64,000 bases of DNA, taken from assembly GCF_009914755.1 (NCBI RefSeq), contig NC_060942.1. One strand, written 5' to 3'. Below are positions 12,761 to 27,543 of the stretch, in pieces; position 1 is the stretch's first letter, and each line of letters starts with the position of its first letter. The translations under genes and the position numbers were made by a program. Under the pieces are notes generated by a model. The model searched no databases. It was given only the letters and a program-made list of their open reading frames with translations, and was not told the origin of the DNA. This DNA is from the human T2T-CHM13v2.0 reference genome, Homo sapiens.

Positions 12761-15435
12761 AGTCTGCCCAAAACACATGGCTTAAGCCTACTAAAAGGAT
12801 GCACATTTATTCTTATCCGTCTGCTGTTTTGTTCTTTTATTAAACTTGAGAATTACTGATTTTACGTAACATTTGTATAATCCATGTTAGTCTGTTCCTC
12901 AAAAGGCATCCTTGTATACCTAGCCCTCAACTTGTGTGAGAGTTAATAAGACTCAATAATGAATCCCCAAGTTGCTTCTCAGAAAGGTGCTGTCAGAATC
13001 CCGACCGTGTGTCACTGCCCTGTGCAAAGCCGGTGGCATTTTTCCTCATGCCATTTCATTCCGCTCAGATCATCTCAGACTCCTGGAGAATTTTCCCTTT
13101 TTCTTTAGTACTGAGCTTCCTCTTGATGTGCTTAACCCATCCCCTCGGGGCAGAGGAGATAGCTAGCGGGGAAGCAGGACATCATTTAGTCTTTGGTTTC
13201 TTGCGGCTTGTCTTTTTCCATTAACAGTAGATGGCATCTTGCCAGAAAGCTGTCCGCAGCACCTGGAATTCCTGCCTCCTCCTCCAGGGTTATGAGTACA
13301 CATGAGAGGCACAATTGGACAGAGTCACTGTGAATATTTATATGTTCTTTCTTAAAACCACACATGGTGGAACGAATTACATCAATGACACAGTTGCTAG
13401 ATTAATACGCTTTTAACCTGCTCTGAAGTCCAAGACTCATTAGGCACTTGTGAGATGGTGAAGCCCCTGGTAAAAGTGTTTGCGGTGAGCATGGGTATCC
13501 TGAATTCTGACACTAGCTTTCTCGGGGTTGGCTCTCAGAGCCATGTTCAAAGGGGTTCCTGAGGTAAGAACGCAGAAGCCTCTTTCTGGGAGAGAACACT
13601 TCTCAAAACAGCTTCCAGAGAGCTCAGGCTGTAGAATCTCTGAGGAATCATTTATAGGACTTGAACTGGGCTGGAAAAAATTTGAGCATGAGTTTACTTA
13701 AGACCCAAGACACAGTCCTTGGTAAGTAGGCCGCAGTGCCCAGATGTGACCCAGTGGGGACTCAAGAGGGCAAGAAGGGAGAGTCCCTGTTGGGAACCTT
13801 TTAGGGCTGACCTTAGGCCAGACTGGGAAAAAGGTCAGTCTCCCCAATTAGCCTGTTGCTGTGTTCCTTCCTGCCCAGCCCACTTCACAGTGCCCCGTGC
13901 TGCTCATGTGCCTCCTCCCCTTTCCTCTGCAAAGTTCCCAGCTGGGCTGCAAGTCTCGGGTACCTGCAGTGTTGACAGCGCAGAGCCCTCCCGTCACCTC
14001 CAGGCAGAGTGGCCCTCACTTCACAGGGGCCTCCTGGGGACAAGGCGTCCTGAGCCCTCCGTGCTTCCGGGTGAAGGTCAGAGACTGTCCCTGTGTCACG
14101 TTCTCCCAGGCCCACTCAAAGCACAAAGTTCCACAAGGGGTTGTGGCTCTTCCAGGTCCTCTGCTGGTCTTACTGCCTTGGTGTTTGAAATGACGACTGC
14201 AACAACTTCATCCTTTTCTTGGCCAGGTGCCCCCAGAAACTACCTTTTCAGATATGCCCTTTTACCAGGGCTCCAGGCCCCCTCCCTCACAGCTCTGCAG
14301 CCTTGCTGCACAGTTCCCCATCGGAATTGTGAGGGGAGACCGTGTTTCCTCCACATGCTTTTGCCCACTCCCCACATCAGTTCTTGGAGTAAGCCTTTTT
14401 TCCTCTCCAAGGAAAGGGCTTACTTGCAGACGAATTAGTTTGGAAGTACAGTACTAGAGCAAGCACAACCCCAAACTGAGCAGACTGAAACTGAATAGGG
14501 CCCAGAGGATGGGTGAGAGCCACATTCCTGTGATTAAAGGCAGATTTGGGTGGTGTCTAAGCAATACCCTTCCTAGGGAGTTTTAAATACTGTTGCTAGA
14601 ATCAGGGAGTCGAGTTCTCAATCCTGTTTGGCCTTATCCAGACTGAGTACCAAGGCTAAAGGCAGAAGGTTCTGCGCTGCAGAGTGCCCAGGTGTCAGCG
14701 GCTCGAATCACGTGATCGCAGAATATGTGGCCCTGCAGGGCCGGCCTTGCTTTGTCTAAACGCTCTCCTTTTTCATGTGAGTCCCGGGGTTCTTGCCCTT
14801 GATCAATCCAGATATGACCAGTACTGTGGGCCTGGAGGGCCAGGTTTTGTTGTCATTTGTGGCCTTGGACTCTGCTGGGGCAGCCTTGCCTCCCCTGTAC
14901 AGACCCAGAACAGCTGCCCCTGTGGGCGCTTCTCCCAGCTAGAAACCTGAGGGCTGATGGGCGAAGGTGGTTGGCTTCCGACTGCCCCCGTGGGCCGCGG
15001 AAGCGGGCAGGACCTCATTCACCCCACCACCTCCACCGAGGGGCTTGTCTGCAGCAGAGGGGCTACTCAACATTGAGCTCAGGAAGGGAGGCCAGGAGGC
15101 TGCATGAACGGCCCAGCCTGGGCAGTTGGGGGCAGCGGGGAATGGACAGACCACCTTGGCCTGGAGGTAACCCCAGCAGAGACACGGCCAGCAGAGTTCC
15201 ATCCTTCCGCTTCCCAGTTCGGGCAGAAAACCCAGGTTTTCCCAGGAAATCTGCAAGCACATTAAGCTGGTCTCTCCTTTAAAAAGGTGCAAGGATGGAG
15301 ACAGTCCTACCTGTCCTGAGCAGGATGGGCCCTGTGCCAAGGGGCCAGGCAGTAGCAGGCTGGCACTCTAGGTAGGGAAGGGGCCAAGGATCCCCAAGAG
15401 GAGTTGACAGCAAGATAATTTAAAGAGCGTAAGTA

Positions 15436-15734
<299 letters not shown>

Positions 15735-17155
15735 AAAGAGCGTAATCTACCTCCTGTAACACATCATCCCGGCATGGGAGTATATCTTGGCAAACATCCG
15801 CAAGAAATTTTGTCTTTCAGGACAGGGACAAGAGCCCACCATGCCCTCTGGGTTATGCCTTGTCTTCCTCAAAATTGAGGAGAAGCCCTTGAGCTGGAGC
15901 AAGATCCAAAAAGCTGGAGCAAAAAAAGCAGTAGGTGGGAATTAGGGCCCTCGTACCCCGGGGCCTGCTATACTCTCCAGTCCTCAATCTTCGAACAGTG
16001 AACCCCGAGATGTGGAGCTGGGGGAGCTGGCCCTGAAGGCCGAGACAAGCCTGCAGTCCACAGGCACGGGCCCGGGACTGCCCACACCTGTTAGATGGGC
16101 ACAAACGGGGCCTTCGCTGCCCGGCACCAATCTCCTCTTGCACTGGGGCCCTGTTTCCATGCAGTGCCAGGGGCCTCAATCATTAGCTCTTTCAGTGTAA
16201 TTTGCCTCTTTTGGTTTAAAATAGTCTTTGGGGGATAAATATTCAATTTCTAGATTAAACTCCTTGTTGAGGCTCTTTCCTCCGGAGGTCCCTGGTGGAT
16301 CCTCATGGGACAGGCTGAGGCGGGCTCTCTCCTTGGGCCTAGGGTGTCATGCTCTTTGTCCCCTGAATGGGGTCGCAAGTACTCCAGGGCCATCCTCCAG
16401 GGACATCTTGCTGGCCTCTGTGATGCTCACCTGAGCCCCAGCTGGTCGGTCAGCCCTGAGGCTCTCAGCCATGGGGTCACCCTGCCCTCACCACAGCCTC
16501 CCTTTGTGGCACTCCAGCAGGGCCCTCAGCCCTTTCTGCCTCTCTGAGCTGCTCACCTGCACCTGAGTGAGCAGCCTCCAAGCCACCTGCCAGAGCCTCC
16601 CACGGGGCTGGGAAATACCTAGTGGCACTCAAAAGAAAAGGGAAGGAAATGGGAACAATAAGCCAAGCTGCCGTGGAGAGTTTATCTTCAGCCTTAAGCA
16701 TCTTTTTACAGAGTGAATTTCCCCTGGGGACAGTGGTCTTCCTGCCATCTGCCAAGCTTCTGGGGTCTTCAGTTTACCCTCTTATAATATTTCCACACCA
16801 GCCTAAAGAGGTAGATATTATTAGCACCAATGTACATACAAGGAAACAGACTAGGAGGTTAGGAGACTCGCAGAGTGGTACTCTGAACCCAGGTTGTCTG
16901 GCTCAAAGGCATCATTTAACCACCAACTCTACTGCCCATTCACTGCCCCTCCATCAAAACCTCCTGTCTGAGAAACCAGAGTGTCAAGACAGAAGAAATC
17001 ATCAATAACACTGAAGGCAGCACACTAAAGGGGAGAAAGAAGACTGGGAAGTGGTCGTTAGATGTGACCACCTGGAGATCTGCCATCCTACTGCCCACAC
17101 ATCCTGAAGAACAATAAACTCATTCGTACTAAGATGTGAATGACTGATAGGCTAA

Positions 17156-17595
<440 letters not shown>

Positions 17596-18018
17596 CGTGA
17601 GCCACCGCGCCCAGCTGGGGAGGTTTTTGAGGGTAGGGGGCATACTTAAGTTTACAAAATCCACTGACGCCAGTGGAATACGGGATGCCAGCACAGTGGG
17701 AAAAGACAGCCTGATCTCTGGGACAGCCCCAGTTTCAGCACTTAAAAGACACTGCACTGCCTTTCTGGCTGCCACAGGACAGAACCCCCCGCCTCCCTCC
17801 AGCCTTTCCCACACCACAAAACAAGCATCTAATATTTTCCAGGGACCTTCCAGGGACAACACAAACTTCCCTTTGTCCAACAGAATTGAAGGGTGAAGGG
17901 ACCAGAGACTGAGGACTGGATTTTCTACTCCCAGGAACTCCTTGATGGAGCTCTGAGATGCTGAATTTTTTAAAGAGTTTCTGTTATTAAAGGATTTTAG
18001 ATATTAAGTTGTAACATA

Positions 18019-18413
18019 CAGTCATGCACCACATAGACATCTCAGTCAGCAATGGACTCCCATAGACGATGGTGGACCCGTGAGATGATAATGGAGCTGA
18101 AAAATTCCTGTTGCCTACTCATGTTGCCTAGTGACATCATAGCCTTTGCAACCCATCACCCTTTCTATGTTTAGCTACGCTTAGATGCACAAACCCTTAT
18201 CATTGTGTTACAATTGCCTGAACAGAACAGTCACATGCTGTACAGGCTTGTAGCCTCGGAGCAATAGGCTGGACCATATAGCCTAGGTGTGTAGCAGGCT
18301 ATGCCATCCAGGTTTGTGTGAGTACACTCTGATGTTTGCACAACGATGAAATCGCATAACAACGCATTTCTCAGAATGTGTCCCAGTTGTTAAGCAACAC
18401 ATGAACATGACTG
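18019..18413 (-). mobile_element. TcMar-Tigger DNA transposon derivative, Tigger3a/MER7A-like
   Basis: TA|CAGTCATG...CATGACTG|TA terminal inverted repeats with TA TSD; internal GCATTTCTCAGAA and AGCCTAGGTGTGTAG motifs. Confidence 0.8.
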
Positions 18414-19269
18414 TATTTAATATTGTTTATAGCAGAAAGTTAGAGTTTGGGATTTGTCTTTTGAATTCTAGTTATGTAGCTCTCTTAGCAATTCTAAGAC
18501 TCTGCCACTAGGGTCATCACCCTCCCTCACAACCCCTCTCACCATGACCTCAACCCCCATCCTGGCCCCCTCTTGCCTTCTCTGCATTCTATATTTACTT
18601 AGAAGATCCTTGCTTGTTCATGAGTTGAGATTGTCAGGGGGACATGCCCTCCGCAATGTAATGAGTGTTTAAACAACAGTCAGGCCTTTGAACCCCAGGC
18701 TCCAGTTAAAAAGTAACAGGCTAGATACTGAATCAATAGGAGGCAAATATTAGCTACGGAGGCTGAGAGAGACCGAGTTGGGAAACACTTGTTGCTGGTG
18801 ACATGCAAAGAGCAATGGCCATACCCACCTGAGGTCCAGGAAGCCCTGGGAGCCCCATGACCTTCGGCCTGTCATTGTCCTGCTCTACATGTTGTAACAT
18901 TGAAGCCACCAGCCCTTAATTAGCTTCTAGACCTCCCTCAGTCTGGACTTCTGCAATATCCCACTAAATGGTGTCCACCTGATTTTTCCCCTTCCCAGCC
19001 ATCTTACACTCATGTGAGCCTGCTTCCAGCAAACTCTGATCTTGTCAATCTTCTGCTGGAAAATTTTCCATGACTCCCCATTGCATTCCTGACTGGTGCG
19101 CAAGGGCATCTACCTGCTCTTTGGGACGTGGGCAGGGGGATGGCAGATCTCCAGGTGGTCACATCTAACCACCAATTCCCAGTCTTCTTTCTCCCCCGTA
19201 GTGTGCTGCCTTCAGTGTTATCGATGATTTCTTCTGTCTTGATACTGTGTCTTTGGTTTCCATGACATT

Positions 19270-21220
19270 TCAATCTTCTGGTTACTCTCTCACTCTTCAA
19301 ATACTCCTACTATTTTTTCTCCTCTCCTAAAGGTAGGTGTTCCCCAATAATTTGTTCTTGGTGAGCTCTCTCTCTCTCTCTCTCTCTGTGTCTCTTTCTC
19401 CTTTTCCTCCTCCTCCTCCTCTCATGGCTTAAGTTAGTACCTCCATGTGGACAATTCCCAAGTGTATCTCTAGCCCCAGCTTCTCTCAGGGCCCTCGTCT
19501 CCAAAAGCCTAATGGACTCATCGTAGGACATTCCTCAAGTCACCCAAACTCTAAATGTCCCAATCTGAACTCACACTTTTAAACCTCTCCTCCTCCGTAT
19601 TTCCAAATCTCTGGGAGTTGTTCTCTTGTATCTTCCAGGCATCCACACTGGAACTTCCTCAGTGACCTTTCACATGGTTTTGCTCCCTAGGTTGAAAGAG
19701 TGACAAAGTTCAGTTTTCTATTCATGCATTCACTCATTCATTCAACAAATATGCATTGAGTGCCTGCCATGTACCAAGCACTCGTAGGGGTTAGGAATAC
19801 AGCAATTAAAACAAAACAAAAGAAAGATCACTTCCATCATGAGATATTTATATGTTTCTCATTTAGTTGCCTCCACTAGAAATATGTTTCTCATTTAGTT
19901 GTCTCCACTAGAATATGTAAGTACAATATATGGTGTGTTAAATGTTGATGAAGCCAGGGGAAAAAATAAAGCAGACGAAGGATCCAGGTAGTATGGGAGG
20001 GTGCAATTTTGGATGGGGTGAGTCAGGGTAAAGAGCACCAGGAGGTGAGTGAGCAAGCCATGAGGCTTTGGGCAGAGAAACAGCAAATCCAGAGGTCTTA
20101 AGGAGGAACAGGAAACAAGATAGAGCCCCTTTGGGACTATACCAAGGTGAGCCATCTGTTAGCCAAGTGAAGGGTCAAGTAGAAAGTGGAAGGATCATGG
20201 ATGTCAAGGAGGTCCAGGCTGGAGCTAAAGCATCATCAGCGTGTATATGGTCTTTAAAGCTGTGGCACTGAAAAGGAGGGGTCCAAGGACAGGAGCATGA
20301 GATGGATCCAGGAAAGGAGGAGTGGCCAGAGAGGTGACAGGAAAACCAAGAGACAGTGGTGACCCTGGAGAAATTTGGCTGGGAGGAGAGAGTTTATTTA
20401 TGAAGGACAGACCAAGCGTGGTATGGCCTGCTGGTAGGTCAGCAAGATGAGGACTGAGAAGCGACAACTGGAATTATCAATGTGGATGTCATTGGTGGCC
20501 TTAATAGGAGAGATTTTGCTGGAATTTGGGGGCAAATGCCCCCAAAAGAAGGGGAAGAGGAACTGGAGACAGGGACACCCATCACAGCTCAGGCATCTGG
20601 ATTCTTACCTTCATTTCCACCCCCTCTCCACCTTGCTTGCCTCTGTAACTGCTGCCCAAGTTATGACAATAATGTCCTGACTGTACCTCCCACTTGTTCC
20701 CTTCCCAGTTCCCAGTCCAGTTTGCACTGGTGCAGCCCAACTCCAATATCTACATTCTCTTGCAGAAACCCTTCAAAGGCTTGCCTGTATTGACCAATGA
20801 AAATGAAACTAAAATCTACACTCCTTATGAGCAAGGGCATTCAAGGTCAGGCTCATAACTCACCTTTTCTCTACGCTCCTATAGTCACATCAAGGGAACC
20901 GTTCCATCCCCATGCAGCCCTTGCATTGCTACCTTCTCGCCTGTGCTCCCACCACTCTCTCTACTCAGAGTGACCTTCCCATATATCCAAATCTAGCCAA
21001 CCTTCAGGGCCCATCTCAAATGTCACCTCCTCCATGAAGCCCTGCCTGATTCACCTCACCAAATGAAGTTCCAACCCTCCTCTGAGTTTACAGCACTTTG
21101 TCCCTTTCTGTCTCTTATTGTGGTTATTAGTATGGCTATCTCCATCCTATACATCACCCGAAGCACCTGAAAGCGTGGGGCTAAATCAATGCTCTCTGTA
21201 CCTTGGATGCTCAATAAAAC
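19270..21220. mobile_element. Cluster of old L2 LINE fragments in both orientations
   Basis: Reverse-complemented L2 3' end (ATTCATTCAACAAATATGCATTGAGTGCC) near 19735; plus-strand L2 body (CTCAAATGTCACCTCCTCCATGAAGCC) near 21015. Confidence 0.7.
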
Positions 21221-21577
21221 TGCCTTACAGTAAACTAGATGGTGCTGGGGAATGGGGATGGGGCGGTGTTTCTGGCTATAGGGAGGTTTGGGATTGTCTG
21301 TAGATTTCTGTTTGCGGATCTTTGCTGTTTCCTGCCTGTGTGTGTTCCTGAATAAACAGTCAGACACTGGCCAGGCTGCCGAGGATTGCCCACCTCACAA
21401 CCCTGACAGAGGGGCCGGGTTGACTACAAGACAGTCATTTGGGGCTGGGAGTCTGAAGGAGACCGAGTTGGGAAACACTTGCTGCTGGTGACATGCAAAG
21501 AGCAACGGCCATACCCACCTGGAGTCCAGGAAGCCCTGGGAGCCCCATGACCTTGGGCCTGTCATTGTCGTGCTCTA

Positions 21578-21886
<309 letters not shown>

Positions 21887-24800
21887 TCAGGTAGAGTCTC
21901 TGACAAGAGTGCAAAAGGGGAGGCAACGTGACAGTCGTGAAGACACTGAAACTGCAGGAAATGATCTGAGACAGTCACGCTGCCTTGGCCTGAGTGTTTT
22001 GGTGCCTGTCGGCTCTCCGACATTGGAAAGGTTTCCTGAAAAGTAGCAAATGAATGAGCTGCCTTTTTTGCTCTGCCTCTCATACTTACAGACACAATTT
22101 CCAAGCCTCCTGGTCTCAGCAAAAATTTAGTTCTCCAGAGATGCCAGTTTCCCTGGAGGCCTCCAGGTATCCGAGCCACACTTGGCTGTCCGTGCAGAGG
22201 TGCCTGGCAAATGACTCCTGGTGGCTGCTTAGCGATCTTTAGGTTTTCACTGAGGATACGATTAAGGGACCTAGTGTTTGGGAAAGGAGGCAGCCCTGGA
22301 GGTGAGCCTGCCCTGCTTCTTGGTGTGGGACTGAGAAGCTGCAAATGAGAATAGCAACCTCCACTTGGGATCCTCACAGCTCAGAATGGCGGGAACATTT
22401 CAGGAACTCACAGGTGGAGTTCCCAAAGATCATGAGGGGAAAGCACCGAAAATGTAAGGTGGGGGTGGGGGGGGAACGGTTGCAAAATGGCTGATGGGTC
22501 CCAACTCATCTTTATTTGTCTTTCCTGGGATTTTTTAAATAGGAAAATTTCACCTCAAAATCAAGTCTTCTGACCTTGAAGGGCAGAAGATGAATGTAAA
22601 AACAACAAAACTTAGAAGGCCTGGCATCCGTCAGCTGGAGCTGAATAGGGGCTTCCCTCTTTAGATGGGGCATGGACCTCCCAGTTAACCACACTGCCCG
22701 TCGCTCCCTATTATCACTTCTGGCCCACATCCCTCATTATCTGCCTGGCCTATGCAAGTGTTTGAGTTTGCAACCTCTCTACCTGGTCATAGGAAATTAG
22801 GATCAAATCAGGAATGTAAGTTATCCAAATAATCATCCCATTTCTCTTAGAATGTGCTGTTCCCTCTCCTTGTTGCAATACATCCTAAGGGCCTGGGGCC
22901 TATTAACTCATACATCAGGCACTCAACTTCTTATAATTTTCTGAGTCTCCCCATCCCCCTTCTTCTAATAGCTCAGTTGGGCTGGGTGCTTCCAAGGTAC
23001 GTTTCCCAGTTTCCTGTCCTGGAGTTCTTGCCTTCCTCCAGCCTAGAAAGGCTGGGCCTAATGGAGCATTTTCCCCTTTTGATATTGGATGAGTCTAGCT
23101 TTATCATACATAAGGAGAAGAAAAAGAGGATCTTAGAGATGAAGTCTTCAACTCATTCTCCCAATCTCAGAAAATTCTTTTATCAAAGACATTCTAATGC
23201 CTTAGAAAATCTCCTCTTTTTCAAAACCCTGCCCAAATAGCTGTTTAAAAACATCATCTTCCCAGGGGGTCCTATTTACCCCAATTGGGAACAGCCTACC
23301 CAAATTGCATGCTTGGTTCTAAGGAGGAGAAACAAAACAGCCATGTGAAATTAATTCCACAAATCCTACACGAAGATTATGGGGTGGGGTTGGGGAATAT
23401 GACACAGAATGGGGAAGACAGACGCAGTTTCTTCTGCAAGAAAGAATTCATTCGTTCAAGAAACAATCAAGAAACAATCACTGGTCATTGTTTGCACCAA
23501 GGATTGTGCTAAATCCATGGTCTTTGCTATTAGGATTTTCATTTAATGTCAAGAAAGAAACTAATCAGAGTAAAATGTGCCACAGATGCGGGATTCAAAA
23601 GTCTTCGGTCTAGATGTATTATGTAATGCAGGTTTGTTTATTTTTACTTTAGGAAAGTGATACCTTTTATATGCCATCCATTATGTAAGATCCTCAGCAG
23701 AGTCTGGGGCAGCACCTTGTCAGCAAACCCATTAATATTTCTACAGCAAACATATGAAGAGTCACAGTAAGTGGAGTAAATAAAGACTATCAATAGCTGC
23801 ATGTCAGTTCAGGTCAGGTTTTTGCCATCACATATGGTTCTTGCCACAAGTCAGGTTGCTTCACATTTACAAAAAATGAGTCTTGGAACAGCAGACAAGG
23901 GCTTGTGTCCCTTCCCAGAGGTTCAGGTCCAGGTAAAGAAGGGTTCATAGAGGAGACGTTGCTCAAGCTGAAACTTGAAAGATCAACTGGACAAGATGCA
24001 GAAGAACTTTCCAGGCTGATGAGCCACAACACACAAGACCACAATCTGCAAGGATTCTAGCAACCCACCGGGCAACTAGGGCCAATCCTGAGGGACACAG
24101 GATCCTGCTGCTCCCAGAGGGTGGCAGGTATCCAGGTGCAACAGTGACCAGGTGGTACTGACTACCTGTGCCAGCGTCACACAACTCTGGGCCCTCACTG
24201 TAAGCATCCAGGGAACCAAGTCCTGCAAATTGCATTTAAACAAGTTCTCCAGGAGATTTATCCCTGCTAAAGTTTGAGAACCACCAATTTATTTGACACA
24301 TCCTAAGTGTCAGGCATTGTTCTACATTGTTTTAGAAATACGAGCACATTTAATCCTCCTAACAGCCTTACTGGGTAGATGGAGAAATTAAGATACCAAG
24401 AGGATTAAAAAACTCATCCAAGATCGCAAAGCTGTGAGAGATAGACCAGGAAGTCTGGTTGCAGTTTTTATGCTTTTAACCTGAATGCTGCCTTTGTACT
24501 GCTTCGGGCACCCATCCCAAGTGACAGCCTCCCTCCACCTGCAGCCACAGTGAACCTGGGGCCTTGCTTCCTCTGCGGTCCCGGCTGTGTTCTCTGAAGG
24601 TGCAGATCCAGCCCCATGTGCCCCGACCCACAGGGACCAGGACCCCTGTACAGAGCAGTCCTCAGGAGAAGGAGTGAAAGTTTGATCTTTCACCCCTGGG
24701 GTTGGAAGCGACAGAGAGAGGTTGACAAGAGTTTGTGATAAGCCTGTTAGCCTTGGGTTCAAAGCCCATGTTGCTCTCCTTTTTATCTATGTTGTTGATA

Positions 24801-26468
24801 TCTGATTCAATAGCTTCTGTTTGAGGAGGAAAAGCCAGAACGCAGGGGCAGGGGATTGGAGTCTGCTGACCGGATGGTCAGGCCTGGAGAGCAGTGTGCT
24901 CTCTTCTTGTGTCAATTCCAAAAGGCAGGGTTTGGAAACAAAGTCAACAGAGAGCTTTTCTTCATCTCCACATAAACAGCCATTCAGCAGTGTTTGGGGA
25001 GTTGGGCAATGCTAGATGGGGTTGGGTCAGGGGAGAAGTCAACTTTGACTTATAGGTCTCTAGGCTGGCCTGGGTTTCCGTGTTTCTATCAGCTTGCCTC
25101 CAGCTCACATCAAAAGGAAAATGTTCCAGGCTTTTGTGCAGCCCCACCCACCTACCATGGAATTAGTACAGGCAAGGGAGAATGTTCTGGAACATCCTGT
25201 CTTCTCGACTCACCCTGGGTGCCTACCATTGGTGTGCGCAAACTCCTCTCACCAAGCAACCTCTTTTTGATGGCCCCAGAGTTCTTTCTTGCTCAACGAC
25301 AACTGCTTTCTAGCATAAGCCAATTCTGAAAGGACTGGAATTGGGCCCAGGGTGAGGGGTGGGCATAGCAACCATCTACTCTGAGAATTTTAACAATAGA
25401 GAGGGAAGATTAGAGATTATTTGCTCCAAACCCCTTGCTTCATAGATGAGGAAACTAAAACTCTGAAAGGAGAGATTTCTTGCCCAGATTACCCAGTTAG
25501 CAAATAGTGGGGATAAATCGAAGCCCACTCACTCAACCTCCAGTACCATGGTGGGTTGAGTTTTTCCCATCACACTATTTGACCTCTTATCATTTGTCTC
25601 CAGAACTTCGCAGTTCATATTCTTAGTCATCCATTGAACCTCTTCTTCATTCATTCTGGAGTTTCCTCTAGAGCCAAGCGATAGGCTGGAACCTGGGAGG
25701 AACTGACAGCAGGATCCATTCCTTCCTTGGAGAGGCCCCGGAGGGGGTGCCTCACCCCTCCTTCCCCCCTCCCTTCAGAGCTCTCTCCTGGCTTTGGAGG
25801 GAAGGGAGCAGAGGTGTCTGAGCCCTGTCACAATCCTCATGTCCCCTCATCTGTCACCCACGAAGGCAGCTCCTAGCAAAAGCCTTTGCCGACTGAAGCC
25901 ACTGAAGTAAAAAGAATGACCTCTGCCATGAGCACCTCTAAAGGAGAAGAAGCAAATGGGTTGAGGAAGTTACAGAATCTAAAGCAGGTGCAGATGGGAG
26001 CCCGTTCAGTGGGAAGAGCTTTTCCTTTAAGAGGACCGGAACTCACAATGGGTTCAGTCGCAGCTCTACTGATAGGGGTTTCACTGATCTGCTGAGCGTA
26101 TGATGTGCTGTCAGAAAGCCCTAGACAGCTTCCTGAATCACTGAGAGGGTTTCCGAGAGTCAATGGAACAAAAAATTAGAAAAGGAATGGTGTTCTGTTG
26201 AGATTCTTGCACCCCTTGAAATTTAATCTGTCATTCAAAACGATTCACTCACCGACAAGAAAAACTAAAAATATTTAAGCATGACATTTGCCTTCATTAA
26301 ATAGTCATTTTGTCATACATGGCTGGAAATTGAGTTTTCTGAAAGATTACTAGGAATTGTCTGCCTCTGCTGCTGGGTGTTTGTGGCTTCAAAATGAACT
26401 CGAGCATGGGGGATGCCCACATGTGCAGAAAGGATCTCAGAACTAAGTCCAAGCTATCAATTCATGCA

Positions 26469-26548
26469 TTAGGTTGGTGCAGAAGTAATCGCGGTTTTTG
26501 ACATTAAAAGTAATGTCAAAAACCGCGATTACTTCTGCACCAACCTAA
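26469..26548. mobile_element. MADE1 (Hsmar1-derived 80 bp MITE)
   Basis: TTAGGTTGGTGCA...TGCACCAACCTAA, 80 bp palindromic element; right flank TA, left flank CA. Confidence 0.93.
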
Positions 26549-27543
26549 TATTAGCAGCAGCAATTGGATTCAACTACTTTGACAAAAATGCAAAGGGCCT
26601 GGTGGCTGTGCCTGCCCTCAGCCTGCTCCAGGGAGGGCACCCTCCTGTCCCTCCATGAGTGAAGCTGCTCTATTCCAAGCTCTGGAAAGTAACTGAGTCA
26701 TTGAGTTTGTCTCTAGGTGATTCAGGTGCATCAGGTTTCACAGATGGTATCACCCAGGACCCATCTGTGAATTTAGAGACCCTCATTCTGTGAGTCAAAC
26801 CCACAGTGTTTCCAACCCAGGTCCATTTCACAGGTAAGGGCTGATCCTCCCACTCTGTAATACAAGCGCCTAAACAACATGGGTCCAAGGATCCAGAACT
26901 TGACCTGAAAGGGAACAGGCAGAAGGATTCTGCCCCCAAAGGATGGGGAAGGAGGAGGAAGCCACCAAAAGGACAAGAGCGAGGTGCTGGAAGAGAGGCC
27001 CTATCTGGAGAACAGAGTGCAGAGAACACCTGTCCCCCAGGGTGGGGTGGGCCTGACCCTCACGAACCATGCTGAGACAGCTGAGCCCAGACCCCCAACA
27101 AGGCAGGGCAGCCTGGCTACTGGGCACGCAAATTCAAAAGAGTTTGAGTTTGAGGGCAGAACAGCAGTCTTCAAGAGGCAGAGGATGTATTCAAACTATG
27201 AAAATATGAGGCTCAACTCTGAATAATGTTTCCCCAAATTGATTCAAACAAGAGACAAGCTCAAGGTCTACGTGGGAAGCTGCCTGGCAGCACTGTTTTT
27301 GAACTAGCAAGAGACTGAACCAATCCAAGGAACAGTTTAAACCAATGATGGCCCCTTTTTAGAGCCGGTTGCCGTGGCACCTGGAAGGAGTTGATTGAGA
27401 AGTCTCAATCCATGAAGTGTAAATATAAAGTTTCTTTTCTGCCCCCTAAATTGCCTTTGTGCCCCCTAATTTGCCTTTCAACTGCCTTGTGTCTAATCTC
27501 TCCTGACTGTCCTTTAATGACAACTTGGGCAGATCCTGCAACT

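Noticed and set aside
13719-14438. 239 aa ORF downstream of NEDD4L
   Set aside because: Non-ATG start, Pro/Ser/Cys-rich composition typical of GC-rich non-coding DNA, no recognisable domain.
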